Shown piece by piece: positions 30,792-40,004 of a stretch of DNA of 64,000 nt. The first letter of the stretch is position 1. Each line of letters begins with the position of its first letter. The notes under the pieces were generated by a model, which was not told where the DNA came from, ran no database searches, and saw nothing but the letters and a program-made list of their open reading frames with translations. Origin of the DNA: Cyclobacteriaceae bacterium (GTDB taxonomy: Bacteria > Bacteroidota > Bacteroidia > Cytophagales > Cyclobacteriaceae); contig JBGAKL010000006.1 in the NCBI GenBank assembly GCA_044224375.1, positions 198,018 through 262,017 of the forward strand, written 5' to 3'. Position numbers and translations under genes: made by a program.

Positions 30792-31817
30792 CGCAACCCT
30801 GTAATAATCGGTTGCTTCCCGGATTTCTTTTTCGCTAACCCCCACATCCCAAACGGCCTTGCCAATCGTTTTTGGCACAGCCAGCAATATTGTATTGCCC
30901 TTATTTTTCTTGTCCTGCTTCAGCATCGGTAGCCATTGGGCGTCCTGGGGAAGTTGTATCTTCCCGAAAACGGAAAGGATAAATGCTGATATTTCATCGA
31001 GATCTTTTGCCTTCAGGTAGCCTTTTTTGAATGCGATGTGGGATTCGATGACCATGCCGGCTGCAATCGCCTCGCCGTGAAAAAGTCGGTTCGACGTGTG
31101 GAGAAAATGACCTTCCAGCGCATGACCAATCGTATGACCGAAGTTCAGGATCTTTCGCAGCCCGCGTTCACGGGGGTCCTTCTTCGCAACCGCAGCTTTG
31201 ATTTTTACAGAATGTCGTACCAGCTTCAGCCAATCCTGATCTTCAAGGCGGCGCTTTCGGACCATTTCCCACATCTTTTTGTCTGCGATAAGACAATGCT
31301 TTATGATCTCAGCGAACCCGGAACGGAGCTCGCGTGGAGGCAACGTCTTCAGGAAATCGGTGGCAATGACCGTTGCGGCGGGTAACTGAAAGACGCCAAT
31401 GTGGTTTTTGTAAACCCCAAAGTCGACTCCAAGCTTGCCGCCGATGCTGGCATCCACCTGGGAGAGCAGCGTGGTTGGAATCAGCACGAAATCGATGCCT
31501 CTCTTGAAAGTCGCAGCGCAAAACCCGCCCATGTCGCCAAGTACGCCACCACCCAATACGATCAGGAGGGAATGGCGATCGAAGCCTTGATCTGTGAGCC
31601 GTTGCCAGATGTACTGGCAGGTTTCCAACGTCTTATGAATTTCGCCGCTGGGCACCTGGACCAGCTCATGCACGGGTAACACCGATTTCAGGAGCGGATA
31701 GCAGACAACAATTGTATTATCATCGACGAGCACGCCGATTTTTGTGTACTTCTTCAGTATTGCTTGCGGAAGGGCTAACCCCGCTGAGATTTTGATTTGC
31801 GACATAAACCGCGGCAA
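30771..31817 (-). CDS. aroB: 3-dehydroquinate synthase
   Basis: 348 aa, ...GGGVLGDMGGFCAATFKRGIDFVLIPTTLLSQVDASIGGK... Confidence 0.9.
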   Translation of the reverse strand: MPRFMSQIKISAGLALPQAILKKYTKIGVLVDDNTIVVCYPLLKSVLPVHELVQVPSGEIHKTLETCQYIWQRLTDQGFDRHSLLIVLGGGVLGDMGGFCAATFKRGIDFVLIPTTLLSQVDASIGGKLGVDFGVYKNHIGVFQLPAATVIATDFLKTLPPRELRSGFAEIIKHCLIADKKMWEMVRKRRLEDQDWLKLVRHSVKIKAAVAKKDPRERGLRKILNFGHTIGHALEGHFLHTSNRLFHGEAIAAGMVIESHIAFKKGYLKAKDLDEISAFILSVFGKIQLPQDAQWLPMLKQDKKNKGNTILLAVPKTIGKAVWDVGVSEKEIREATDYYRVASDVVHI

Positions 31818-31903
31818 TTTAAGGCAATTCCATCACTAGCAATTTTCAGGAACTATTGAAAGAAATGCCGAAGCCATTGTATTCCAGTTTGAAGAATAAG
31901 CTA

Positions 31904-31931
31904 CCCACAGATTACACAGATGACCAGATCC
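31904..31931. repeat. CACAGAT-word repeat (CCCACAGATTACACAGATGACCAGATCC)
   Basis: Direct reading. Same vocabulary as 23459-23476 and, inverted, 32036-32071. Confidence 0.5.
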
Positions 31932-32035
31932 TTTGACAAGAAACCTGCGAGTGAAAAAACACTGGATTATGCTGATGGCAGCAAAGCTGCCTCTCCGTAA
32001 TTCTATCCCGTTGCCATTGTTTTTTTTGGCTTTTT

Positions 32036-32071
32036 ATCCGTGCTAATCGGCCGACATCTGTGGCAAAAAAC
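32036..32071. repeat. Inverted copy of the TTTTTTGCCACAGATG...CACGGAT element
   Basis: The reverse complement of 32056-32071 equals 23453-23468 exactly (16 nt), and both also share GCACGGAT. Confidence 0.7.
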
Positions 32072-32140
32072 ATGTTAGCCATATTTATTGGAGGCGATCT
32101 GCAAAAAACATTCGTTCGTTAGTAAAATCCATACTACCCT

Positions 32141-32148
32141 TATATTTG
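32141..32148 (+). promoter_or_regulatory. Candidate -7 element TAtaTTTG for proline dehydrogenase
   Basis: Exact TAnnTTTG match, 19 nt upstream of ATG 32168. Confidence 0.4.
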
Positions 32149-32167
32149 CGCCTTCAAACGATTGTTC

Positions 32168-33349
32168 ATGGAACTTCCTCCTCCGGTTAAATTTGATGAC
32201 ACCGCAATTGCATTCAAGTACAAATCGGACAAGGACTTAAAAAAAGCCAGATTCATCTTCACTGTGGTGAACAACCCTTTCATTTCTAAGCTTTCGACCA
32301 GCGCGGTAAAGCTTGGGATGGCGCTCCACTTGCCGATCAAGGGAATTGTCCGTAAAACCGTCTTTGAACACTTTTGTGGAGGTGAGACGATCGAAAGAAC
32401 CGAACAAACGGTGCGGCATATCGGCGAGTTCAATGTCAAAACCATCCTCGACTACTCCGTTGAGGGTGAAAAGACCGAAGCTGGCTTTGACACAACGTGC
32501 GAAGAGATACTCCACACGTTTGATAAGGCTGTAGTTTCTTCCCAAATACCATTTTGTGTTTTCAAAGTCACGGGTATGGCGGATACGGCGTTGCTTGAGA
32601 AAATACAATCAGGTGCTCCGCTGACACCGGACGACGTAGTGGCCTTTGAGAAAGTGAAAGCGCGCGTCGACAGAATTTGCGCCAAAGCACTTGCAACGGG
32701 AATTCCCGTGCTTGTCGATGCGGAGGAATCCTGGATCCAGGATCCGATCGATTCGCTGGCGTATGAAATGATGAAACGTTACAATCAATCAAGAGCGATT
32801 GTATTCAACACGTTTCAAATGTATCGCAAGGACATGCTCGGCAATCTTCAAGAAGCACTGACCACCGCATCCAAGACTGGTTATTTTCTCGGCGTCAAGC
32901 TGGTGCGTGGCGCTTACATGGAGAAGGAACGTGCACGAAGTGCAGCGAACGGTTACCCGGATCCGATCCAGCCATCAAAGCAGGCAACCGACAAGGATTT
33001 TAACGCCGCGCTTGATTTTTGTATTAATAACATCGCGCGTATATCTGTCGTGTGTGGCTCCCATAATGAACATAGTAATCAGTATCTGGCCATCCTTATG
33101 CAGCAACATGGCATTGAACCCGGCAACATGGGTGTTTGGTTTGCACAATTACTTGGCATGAGCGACAACATCTCCTTCAATCTTGCCAAAAGCGGGTACA
33201 ATGTTGCAAAGTATGTTCCTTATGGACCTGTTGAGGCAGTGATGCCTTATCTCTTACGCCGCGCGTCTGAAAACACCTCTGTGGCAGGGCAAAGCAGCCG
33301 GGAGTTGTCACTAATTAGAAAGGAGATTGTGAGACGAAAGGCACAATAG
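32168..33349 (+). CDS. Proline dehydrogenase (monofunctional PutA-like PRODH)
   Basis: 393 aa from ATG 32168 (TTG 32162 is an alternative start). ...ILDYSVEGE...VDAEESWIQD...VKLVRGAYME...QLLGM... Confidence 0.82.
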   Translation: MELPPPVKFDDTAIAFKYKSDKDLKKARFIFTVVNNPFISKLSTSAVKLGMALHLPIKGIVRKTVFEHFCGGETIERTEQTVRHIGEFNVKTILDYSVEGEKTEAGFDTTCEEILHTFDKAVVSSQIPFCVFKVTGMADTALLEKIQSGAPLTPDDVVAFEKVKARVDRICAKALATGIPVLVDAEESWIQDPIDSLAYEMMKRYNQSRAIVFNTFQMYRKDMLGNLQEALTTASKTGYFLGVKLVRGAYMEKERARSAANGYPDPIQPSKQATDKDFNAALDFCINNIARISVVCGSHNEHSNQYLAILMQQHGIEPGNMGVWFAQLLGMSDNISFNLAKSGYNVAKYVPYGPVEAVMPYLLRRASENTSVAGQSSRELSLIRKEIVRRKAQ

Positions 33350-33525
33350 TTTTGTGTCTTGTTTCGTGTCACCTGTTCCTCGCGTGTCTCCCACAATTGA
33401 GCAGGAGCCGAAGTCACTAGTCCAGGCAACTGGCAGCCGGTAACTGTCGACGATTTGTACAGCGCCACTATTCCATCTATTTTTGACGTCCGGATTCTCT
33501 AAATTCTCGGGAAACTAAGATTACA

Positions 33526-35259
33526 ATGCAATTGAGCGAACAGGAAATCATTCGGAGGCAGAGCCTCGAAGAGCTATTGAAACTGGGGATCAATCCCTAT
33601 CCGCCTGACCTCTTTGATGTGAACACCACCGCAAAGAAGATTCATGATGATTTTTCATCAAATCCGGAAAGCTTCAAGTACGTTTCGTTCGCAGGGCGCA
33701 TCATGTCCCGGAGGATTATGGGCAACGCATCCTTCGCCGAACTTCAGGATGAGTCCGGGAAAATTCAGGTGTACTTCCGCCGGGACGACCTAAGTCCGGG
33801 CGAGGATAAAACGCTTTACAATACGGTTTTCAAAAAACTTCTTGATATAGGCGACATCATTGGTATTCGCGGTTTTGTTTTCACGACCCAAACGGGCGAG
33901 ATCTCGATTCATGCGCAGTCACTTGTAGTGTTGTCAAAGTCCCTGCGTCCGTTGCCAGTGGTGAAAGAGACAAAAGACGAACAGGGAAATATTGAGCGAC
34001 ACGATGCTTTTACCGACTCGGAGCATCGCTACAGAATGCGCTATGTCGATCTGATTGTAAACCCCGGCGTTCGGGAAACATTTGTGAAACGCACGAAGCT
34101 CGTCAACTCGATGCGTCAATACCTGAATAACAAAGGTTATCTCGAAGTTGAGACTCCGGTTCTGCAACCCTTGTATGGTGGTGCCGCAGCACGTCCTTTC
34201 AAAACACACCACAACACACTCGATATGACGCTCTATTTGCGTATCGCGAATGAGCTATACCTTAAGCGCCTTATCGTTGGTGGATACGACGGCGTGTACG
34301 AGTTCTCAAAGGACTTTAGGAACGAAGGTATGTCCCGATTCCATAACCCGGAATTCACCCAGGTGGAGCTTTATGTCGCCTATAAAGACTATCAATGGAT
34401 GATGGAGCTCGTGGAGGAAATGATAGAAAAAGTTGCTATCGATTTGCACGGAACTACCAAGGTTAGGGTGGGCGAGCATATTATCGACTTTAAAAGGCCA
34501 TGGAAGCGTTATACCATGTTCGAAGCGATTCAGCATTTTACCGGCGTCGATATCTCCGCGATGAGTGAACAGCAAATGCGTGACGTGTGTAAGAAGCTGG
34601 GTGTTCCTGTCGATGCTACCATGGGAAAGGGAAAGCTCATCGATCAGATCTTCGGTGAAAAGTGCGAACCGCTTCTTATCCAGCCAACCTATATCACAGA
34701 CTATCCAATCGAAATGTCGCCGCTCGCCAAAAAACATAGAAGCAAGCCAGGACTTGTCGAGCGATTCGAAGCTATCTGCAATGGGAAGGAGATCTGTAAC
34801 GCATTTTCTGAATTGAATGATCCTATCGACCAGCGTTACCGCTTCGAAGAGCAGCTCGAGCTGGGAAAACGTGGTGATGAGGAGGCTATGACACTTGATG
34901 AGGATTTTCTCAGGGCACTGGAATACGGGATGCCTCCCACAGCGGGTCTTGGCATCGGCATTGACCGGTTGACAATGATTATGACAAATTCAGCGTCCAT
35001 CCAGGATGTTCTTTTCTTTCCCCAGATGAAGCCTGAAAAGGCACTGCTTGCTGCCCATGATGACGAGTTTAAGGCCATTGGAATTCGCGAGGAGCTGCTA
35101 CCATTGCTGCATCAACTCGGAATCACGAGCGTGGCCCAGCTAAAGGAAATCAAGCCTTCCAAATTGTTAAATGATTTGGGCGGTATGAGAAAGAAGATGA
35201 AGCTGGACATAGCCGCCATTACACTTCCGGAAATTGAAGGGTGGCTGAAATCTTTCTAA
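33526..35259 (+). CDS. lysS: Lysine--tRNA ligase, class II, with a C-terminal extension of about 75 aa
   Basis: 577 aa, ...[19 protein letters not shown]...[18 protein letters not shown]...[11 protein letters not shown]... Confidence 0.95.
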   Translation: MQLSEQEIIRRQSLEELLKLGINPYPPDLFDVNTTAKKIHDDFSSNPESFKYVSFAGRIMSRRIMGNASFAELQDESGKIQVYFRRDDLSPGEDKTLYNTVFKKLLDIGDIIGIRGFVFTTQTGEISIHAQSLVVLSKSLRPLPVVKETKDEQGNIERHDAFTDSEHRYRMRYVDLIVNPGVRETFVKRTKLVNSMRQYLNNKGYLEVETPVLQPLYGGAAARPFKTHHNTLDMTLYLRIANELYLKRLIVGGYDGVYEFSKDFRNEGMSRFHNPEFTQVELYVAYKDYQWMMELVEEMIEKVAIDLHGTTKVRVGEHIIDFKRPWKRYTMFEAIQHFTGVDISAMSEQQMRDVCKKLGVPVDATMGKGKLIDQIFGEKCEPLLIQPTYITDYPIEMSPLAKKHRSKPGLVERFEAICNGKEICNAFSELNDPIDQRYRFEEQLELGKRGDEEAMTLDEDFLRALEYGMPPTAGLGIGIDRLTMIMTNSASIQDVLFFPQMKPEKALLAAHDDEFKAIGIREELLPLLHQLGITSVAQLKEIKPSKLLNDLGGMRKKMKLDIAAITLPEIEGWLKSF

Positions 35260-35337
35260 GTGCTAAGTGTTAAGTGTTGAGTATGCATGCTACGCCTTTA
35301 TACACGTACCCTACCTAACACATAACACTCAACACTC
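35258..35337. repeat. Heptamer-phased inverted arms between convergent lysS and the lptD-like gene (likely bidirectional terminator)
   Basis: Left arm AAGTGCT AAGTGTT AAGTGTT GAGTATG (35258-35285). Right arm AACACAT AACACTC AACACTC (35317-35337). Exact complementary core GTGTTGAGT/ACTCAACAC. Confidence 0.7.
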
Positions 35338-35342
35338 TTTTA

Positions 35343-38153
35343 TCAGTTGTCGAAGAACGACCGCGTGCGGTTCAACTTCAAGTCTTTCAACAAGGATGAT
35401 TTTACCCCGATGTAAAAACTGTACGATTGGAATTTTCCGAAAGGCACCCAGCTTAAGTTGATGACCCAGCAGTGCAGGTCACGGGAAATAGTGAGTTGCG
35501 TGGTGGTGAGCTCCTTCAACTGAAAGTCATAGCCGGAGTTATAGACGATTTTCCATTTTTCCGTGAGGGAAAAATCGCCATTAAAGCGAACGGTTTGGGT
35601 AATGGTGGGATTCAGCAGCTTGTTGTCAGCGGCAGTATTTGTCAGATTTTTAGATAGTGCTCCGGCTGCGTTATGCGCATAGTCTATGTTGTAGCTGATG
35701 CGGAGGTTCCATGGAATATTAAAATCGATGTAGGAATCGGGATTGGCCAGCAGGTACTTTTTGTCTGAATCGGAAGCATTCGATTTACCGATCTTGTCCC
35801 TGGTGTCCGTATCCTTTTTCTGACCCTTCGGATTAAGGTTGGTGCTGAGCGCCAGGTTTGCATTGGTAATACGACCAATAGGCGATTCATCCTGCGACAG
35901 CACTTCCCATCCGGGTGTATTGATGGAAGGGTCGTACACCTTTCCCCACGCGTATTCCCGCGACCTCACTTCTTTTCTTTGCGTTTGATCCTCGACTTTG
36001 TGGATAATGGCATATTTGTAAGGGTCGAGAGTTCCAGTCAGGTTGACGTTCAACTTGTCGTTGAGTATGTTCGTGTTCGCCGACATTGAAAACGGCGCCA
36101 GGTTCATCGAGTCTACAGCAAAATTATAGCTGCTCCCGATAGACAGTGTGTTAAACAATGCAACTTTCTTAACGACCGTATCCTTTTTGCTCTTTACTTT
36201 CATCTCGATGTTGTTATTGATACCGAAATTGATCGAAGAGCTCTTACCAAAGCGGGAGCTACCATACACAAAGTTCTCATGCGACGACTTATACACAGGA
36301 TATTTAGAATTTTTTAAAGTCAATTCCTGGTAGTATCCATAGCTCGGATCGCCAAAGTCAGGTGAGTAACTGTAGCCAATGCTTGGGTTGATGATGTGAC
36401 GAATGGCTTTTATGCTTCCGTTGCCTTTCATAAAGTAGGTTCCATAAATGCGAGTCGTCATACCCATGTTGAGTGAATAGTTTGTCACCGTGTTGAATTC
36501 CGACTTAATGGTCGACACCGCTGTTTTTCCCGAGTCGGCCTCGTTTGGTCGCCAATACAACTTATCGAAATAGATCAACTCATCGATGTTGATGCTAGGG
36601 CTCATGGTGAAAAACTTCAGGACCTTGAAGGACGTGGCGATTGGTATGGTTGAACGGATGCCTTTTTTTGCATTCTGAATGAGTCCGGGAAGGTTTTGAA
36701 AATTGAACGGTGCAATACTATCATGCTGGATTGGATTGCCGTGCACATCCAGCCATGCGTTGCCATAACGATCAGTTCTGCCGAGATTGTTTGTGACCTG
36801 GTTGGTGGCCGTCATTGTATAGCGCATCGACAGGTTTTGCAGAAACATTCCCTGGGCAGTCTTCTTGAACGGATAGACGTTGTTCACGTTGAAACTCAGG
36901 TCTGGCAAGGGGAGGTCGACTTGCTTGGTAGTGAGGTCCTGGTTGATGCGAAAGTTGATCGCAGCATTAAACAGTGTTCCGAAAGACTTTGAATATGAGA
37001 TATTGGAACTGAGTTTCCTCGAAGTGTTGTCGAGCCGCGGCGCGGAAGGATTTGTGTTCAGCGGAAGAAAGTTGCTATTGTTGTATGTCGCGGTTGCGGC
37101 ATTTACTGACGCCGAGAATCTTCCTGTTCCGCGAGTCTGTGGCGTATGGCTCCACGTGATCCGAAAATCTTTCACCGACGTAGGATCTTCGATATTCTGA
37201 CTCGTTCTGTTGTTGGTAAAACTGAAGTTGAACGATCCGTTGTACTTGTATCGCTTGTTGTAGCTGGAGTTCACGTACACAGCGGATGATCCTTTTGAAT
37301 AAATATCTCCCGTGAGCTGAAGTTTGAAGTATTCATTGACATCGAAGAAGTATCCCCCATTGCGTAGAAAGAATCCGCGGTTACGTTCTTCGCCATAAGC
37401 CGGGACAATAATGCCGGAAGCGCTTTTACGCGGGGAAGGAAACATTCCAAAAGCAAAGCCCAGCGGTAGTGGCACTTCATTGACCTCCATGTGGAATGGT
37501 CCCACTACGATCTTGTCGCCGGGTATCGCTTTCGCTTTCGATGCCATGATCTGATAATGTGGGTGCACCAGGTTACAAGTTGTATAGGCGTTCCGTAGAC
37601 TTAACAACTCATTTTTTGGATTTTTGAATACGGCCTGGCCATGTATGAATCCATCGCCTTGTGTGGTTACGATCTCGGATATAAGGGCTTTCTTGGTCTT
37701 GAAATTATAGACGATACTTTTCGTCTCGTATTTTTCCGCGCCATTGATAAATATTGGAAAACCCACACGTCTCCCCAGCGAGTCATAGGTACCAACTGCA
37801 GAAATGGTAGACTTCTCGTAGTCGATGGTTATATTTTCTGCAATAAGTTCGATCGAGCCGTACTTGATCTTTGAGTCACCGTAGAGGTGAATGATCTTAC
37901 TCTGCATGCTTGAGTTGATAGAATCCCGGGCTGAGTAAGTGATCGTGGTTTCAATGTCTCCTCTGTTCCTTTGGGAGAGCGAGTCGGTAGCCATCGCCAG
38001 GCTGTCCGGCTTAACCCCTACGGTGTCGGCGGGTAGCGTCCCGCCGCGGAGGTCTCCTTTTGGTTGGCGCACCGCTTTCTCCACCTGGGCAGACGCACTA
38101 ATCGTTGACAGCAGGAGCAAAAAAATGCAGAGTTCTCCTACACGCCGGCCCAC
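35343..38153 (-). CDS. LptD/OstA-like outer-membrane LPS-assembly protein
   Basis: Large beta-rich protein. GTG 38153 gives (M)GRRVGELCIFLLLLSTISASAQ, a good signal peptide. The ORF-track extension to 38324 has no ATG and overlaps the divergent amidase gene. Confidence 0.7.
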   Translation of the reverse strand: MGRRVGELCIFLLLLSTISASAQVEKAVRQPKGDLRGGTLPADTVGVKPDSLAMATDSLSQRNRGDIETTITYSARDSINSSMQSKIIHLYGDSKIKYGSIELIAENITIDYEKSTISAVGTYDSLGRRVGFPIFINGAEKYETKSIVYNFKTKKALISEIVTTQGDGFIHGQAVFKNPKNELLSLRNAYTTCNLVHPHYQIMASKAKAIPGDKIVVGPFHMEVNEVPLPLGFAFGMFPSPRKSASGIIVPAYGEERNRGFFLRNGGYFFDVNEYFKLQLTGDIYSKGSSAVYVNSSYNKRYKYNGSFNFSFTNNRTSQNIEDPTSVKDFRITWSHTPQTRGTGRFSASVNAATATYNNSNFLPLNTNPSAPRLDNTSRKLSSNISYSKSFGTLFNAAINFRINQDLTTKQVDLPLPDLSFNVNNVYPFKKTAQGMFLQNLSMRYTMTATNQVTNNLGRTDRYGNAWLDVHGNPIQHDSIAPFNFQNLPGLIQNAKKGIRSTIPIATSFKVLKFFTMSPSINIDELIYFDKLYWRPNEADSGKTAVSTIKSEFNTVTNYSLNMGMTTRIYGTYFMKGNGSIKAIRHIINPSIGYSYSPDFGDPSYGYYQELTLKNSKYPVYKSSHENFVYGSSRFGKSSSINFGINNNIEMKVKSKKDTVVKKVALFNTLSIGSSYNFAVDSMNLAPFSMSANTNILNDKLNVNLTGTLDPYKYAIIHKVEDQTQRKEVRSREYAWGKVYDPSINTPGWEVLSQDESPIGRITNANLALSTNLNPKGQKKDTDTRDKIGKSNASDSDKKYLLANPDSYIDFNIPWNLRISYNIDYAHNAAGALSKNLTNTAADNKLLNPTITQTVRFNGDFSLTEKWKIVYNSGYDFQLKELTTTQLTISRDLHCWVINLSWVPFGKFQSYSFYIGVKSSLLKDLKLNRTRSFFDN

Positions 38154-38211
38154 AGGTAGCCACCCCAAAAATTTAACTTTTATGGAAAAATTCACGATTT
38201 TGTGCGAATTT

Positions 38212-39015
38212 ATGTCAAATAGGTCACAACTATTCTGCGGGATTCGAACTAAGCTCTTTTTGTTAGCAATAACCTTGCTAAACTTGTCGGCGACCTCGGA
38301 ACGAGCTGACGCCGTCGTGGACACAGTCGTTATCGACGCAGGTCACGGGGGAAAGGATCCGGGTACAAAAGGAGTATTTTTGAGGGAGAAGGATGTGGCT
38401 CTGAAGATTGCCCTCAAGGTGGGCAATTACATTCAAAAGAATCTTCCTGGAGTAAAGGTCATCTATACCCGCAAGGACGACCGGTATCTCGCTCTGGATG
38501 AAAGGGCCGCGATCGCCAATCGCAACAAGGCGGATCTGTTTATCTGCATCCATGCGAATGCCGTTTCGAAACCTGAGATCCGTGGTACAGAGACCTACGT
38601 GATGGGCCCGCATAAATCAGAGGGCAATCTCGACGTGGCAAAGCGTGAGAATGCCGTGATTTTATTAGATGAGAACTATGAAGAGCGATATGAAGGATTT
38701 GACCCGAATAGTCCAGAGTCGAGCATACTTTTCTCGATTGCACAAAGTGCCTACCAGGAGAGCAGTCTAAAGTTCGCAGGAAAAGTGGAGGCGGAATTCA
38801 AAGGAAGAATTGGGCGTAAAAGTCACGGCGTCAAGCAGGCCGGCTTCTGGGTGCTGTGGCGGACAGCAATGCCTAGTGTGCTGATCGAGGTGGGATTTCT
38901 TACCAATCCTACTGAGGAAAAATTTCTTAATGAAGAAAGCGGACAAGACCTTATAGCTTCGGGCATTTACCGGGCTTTCAAAGAGTACAAGACACAGGTG
39001 GAATCTATAAACTGA
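38212..39015 (+). CDS. N-acetylmuramoyl-L-alanine amidase (Amidase_3 family)
   Basis: ...VVIDAGHGGKDPGT...ICIHANA... ATG 38212 gives a signal-like N-terminus MSNRSQLFCGIRTKLFLLAITLLNLSA. ATG 38182 is an alternative start. Confidence 0.85.
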   Translation: MSNRSQLFCGIRTKLFLLAITLLNLSATSERADAVVDTVVIDAGHGGKDPGTKGVFLREKDVALKIALKVGNYIQKNLPGVKVIYTRKDDRYLALDERAAIANRNKADLFICIHANAVSKPEIRGTETYVMGPHKSEGNLDVAKRENAVILLDENYEERYEGFDPNSPESSILFSIAQSAYQESSLKFAGKVEAEFKGRIGRKSHGVKQAGFWVLWRTAMPSVLIEVGFLTNPTEEKFLNEESGQDLIASGIYRAFKEYKTQVESIN

Positions 39016-39021
39016 ACACGA

Positions 39022-39999
39022 GTGAGACAGAAAGAATTGATGGTTGGAATTTTTGCGACGGTAGCAGTCGTCCTTTTGTATTTCGGGTTTAACTTCCTGA
39101 AAGGGATCGATTTTTTTGCGACCACCAAAAAATACTATGCGATCTATGAGAATGTCGACAATCTGCAGATATCCAATCCTGTTCGTGTGAGTGGATTTGC
39201 CGCAGGGCGTGTCAGCAATATTACGATCATTGAGAATGACAAGCACAGCGTACTCGTTGAGATCGACATTGATTCAAAATTGAAGCTGGGCGATTCCACC
39301 AAAGCCGTACTCGACGGCGAATTGTTGGGTGGTAAGTATATCTTGCTGTCAATTGGAAAAGTGGGTACACCGCTCGAGCCGGGAGATACGGTGCGTTCAG
39401 AGGTTGCCAAGGGAATGTTTGATGTGTTGACCGAGACAGCGCAGCCCGTTGCAGGGAATCTTCAATCGACTTTGAGAAAATTTGACATTGCGCTGGAAGG
39501 CCTGACTAAAAACTCGCAGCGTCTGGACTCTATCTTCACCAAACTTCAGAAGACACCGGACATTCTCAACATGACTTTGCGCAATGCCAACGGGAAGATC
39601 GATGTGCTGTCGACTTCCTTTACTGAGGTATCTGCCAACCTGAATACTACCCTCACCGAACTCAGACCCGTGATCAAGAATTTCGGCACTCTGTCCGATA
39701 CGCTGAAACGTATGCAGCTCAACAAAACGATCGCGAAAACGCAACAAACTCTTACCAGCTTGAATGCAACACTCACGCGCATGCAAAAAGGTGACAACAC
39801 TGTGAGCAAGCTGATGACCGAAGATACTCTATATGTGAACCTGAACCGGCTCATTCTGAGGCTGGATACACTGGCTAAAAATTTTAACAATAACCCCAAG
39901 CATTTCCTCGGACCGCTCGGCAAGAGCAGCAGCAAGATTCAGCGTGACCGTCAAAAGGAAGCGGAGAAGGCAAAGGCCGCCGGCGCAAAAAAGAAATAA
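39022..39999 (+). CDS. MlaD/MCE-domain protein
   Basis: 325 aa with an N-terminal TM segment, then ...YYAIYENVDNLQISNPVRVSGFAAGRVSNI... GTG 39022 or ATG 39040. Confidence 0.75.
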   Translation: MRQKELMVGIFATVAVVLLYFGFNFLKGIDFFATTKKYYAIYENVDNLQISNPVRVSGFAAGRVSNITIIENDKHSVLVEIDIDSKLKLGDSTKAVLDGELLGGKYILLSIGKVGTPLEPGDTVRSEVAKGMFDVLTETAQPVAGNLQSTLRKFDIALEGLTKNSQRLDSIFTKLQKTPDILNMTLRNANGKIDVLSTSFTEVSANLNTTLTELRPVIKNFGTLSDTLKRMQLNKTIAKTQQTLTSLNATLTRMQKGDNTVSKLMTEDTLYVNLNRLILRLDTLAKNFNNNPKHFLGPLGKSSSKIQRDRQKEAEKAKAAGAKKK

Positions 40000-40004
40000 A
40001 AGTA

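Noticed and set aside
31866-31937. 23-codon ORF MPKPLYSSLKNKLPTDYTDDQIL
   Set aside because: Its second half is just the translation of the CACAGAT repeat element. There is no supporting signal.
37939-38181. Long N-terminal extensions of the amidase ORF, and of the LptD-like ORF (38154-38324)
   Set aside because: The extensions overlap each other on opposite strands, lack ATG starts and precede good signal peptides.
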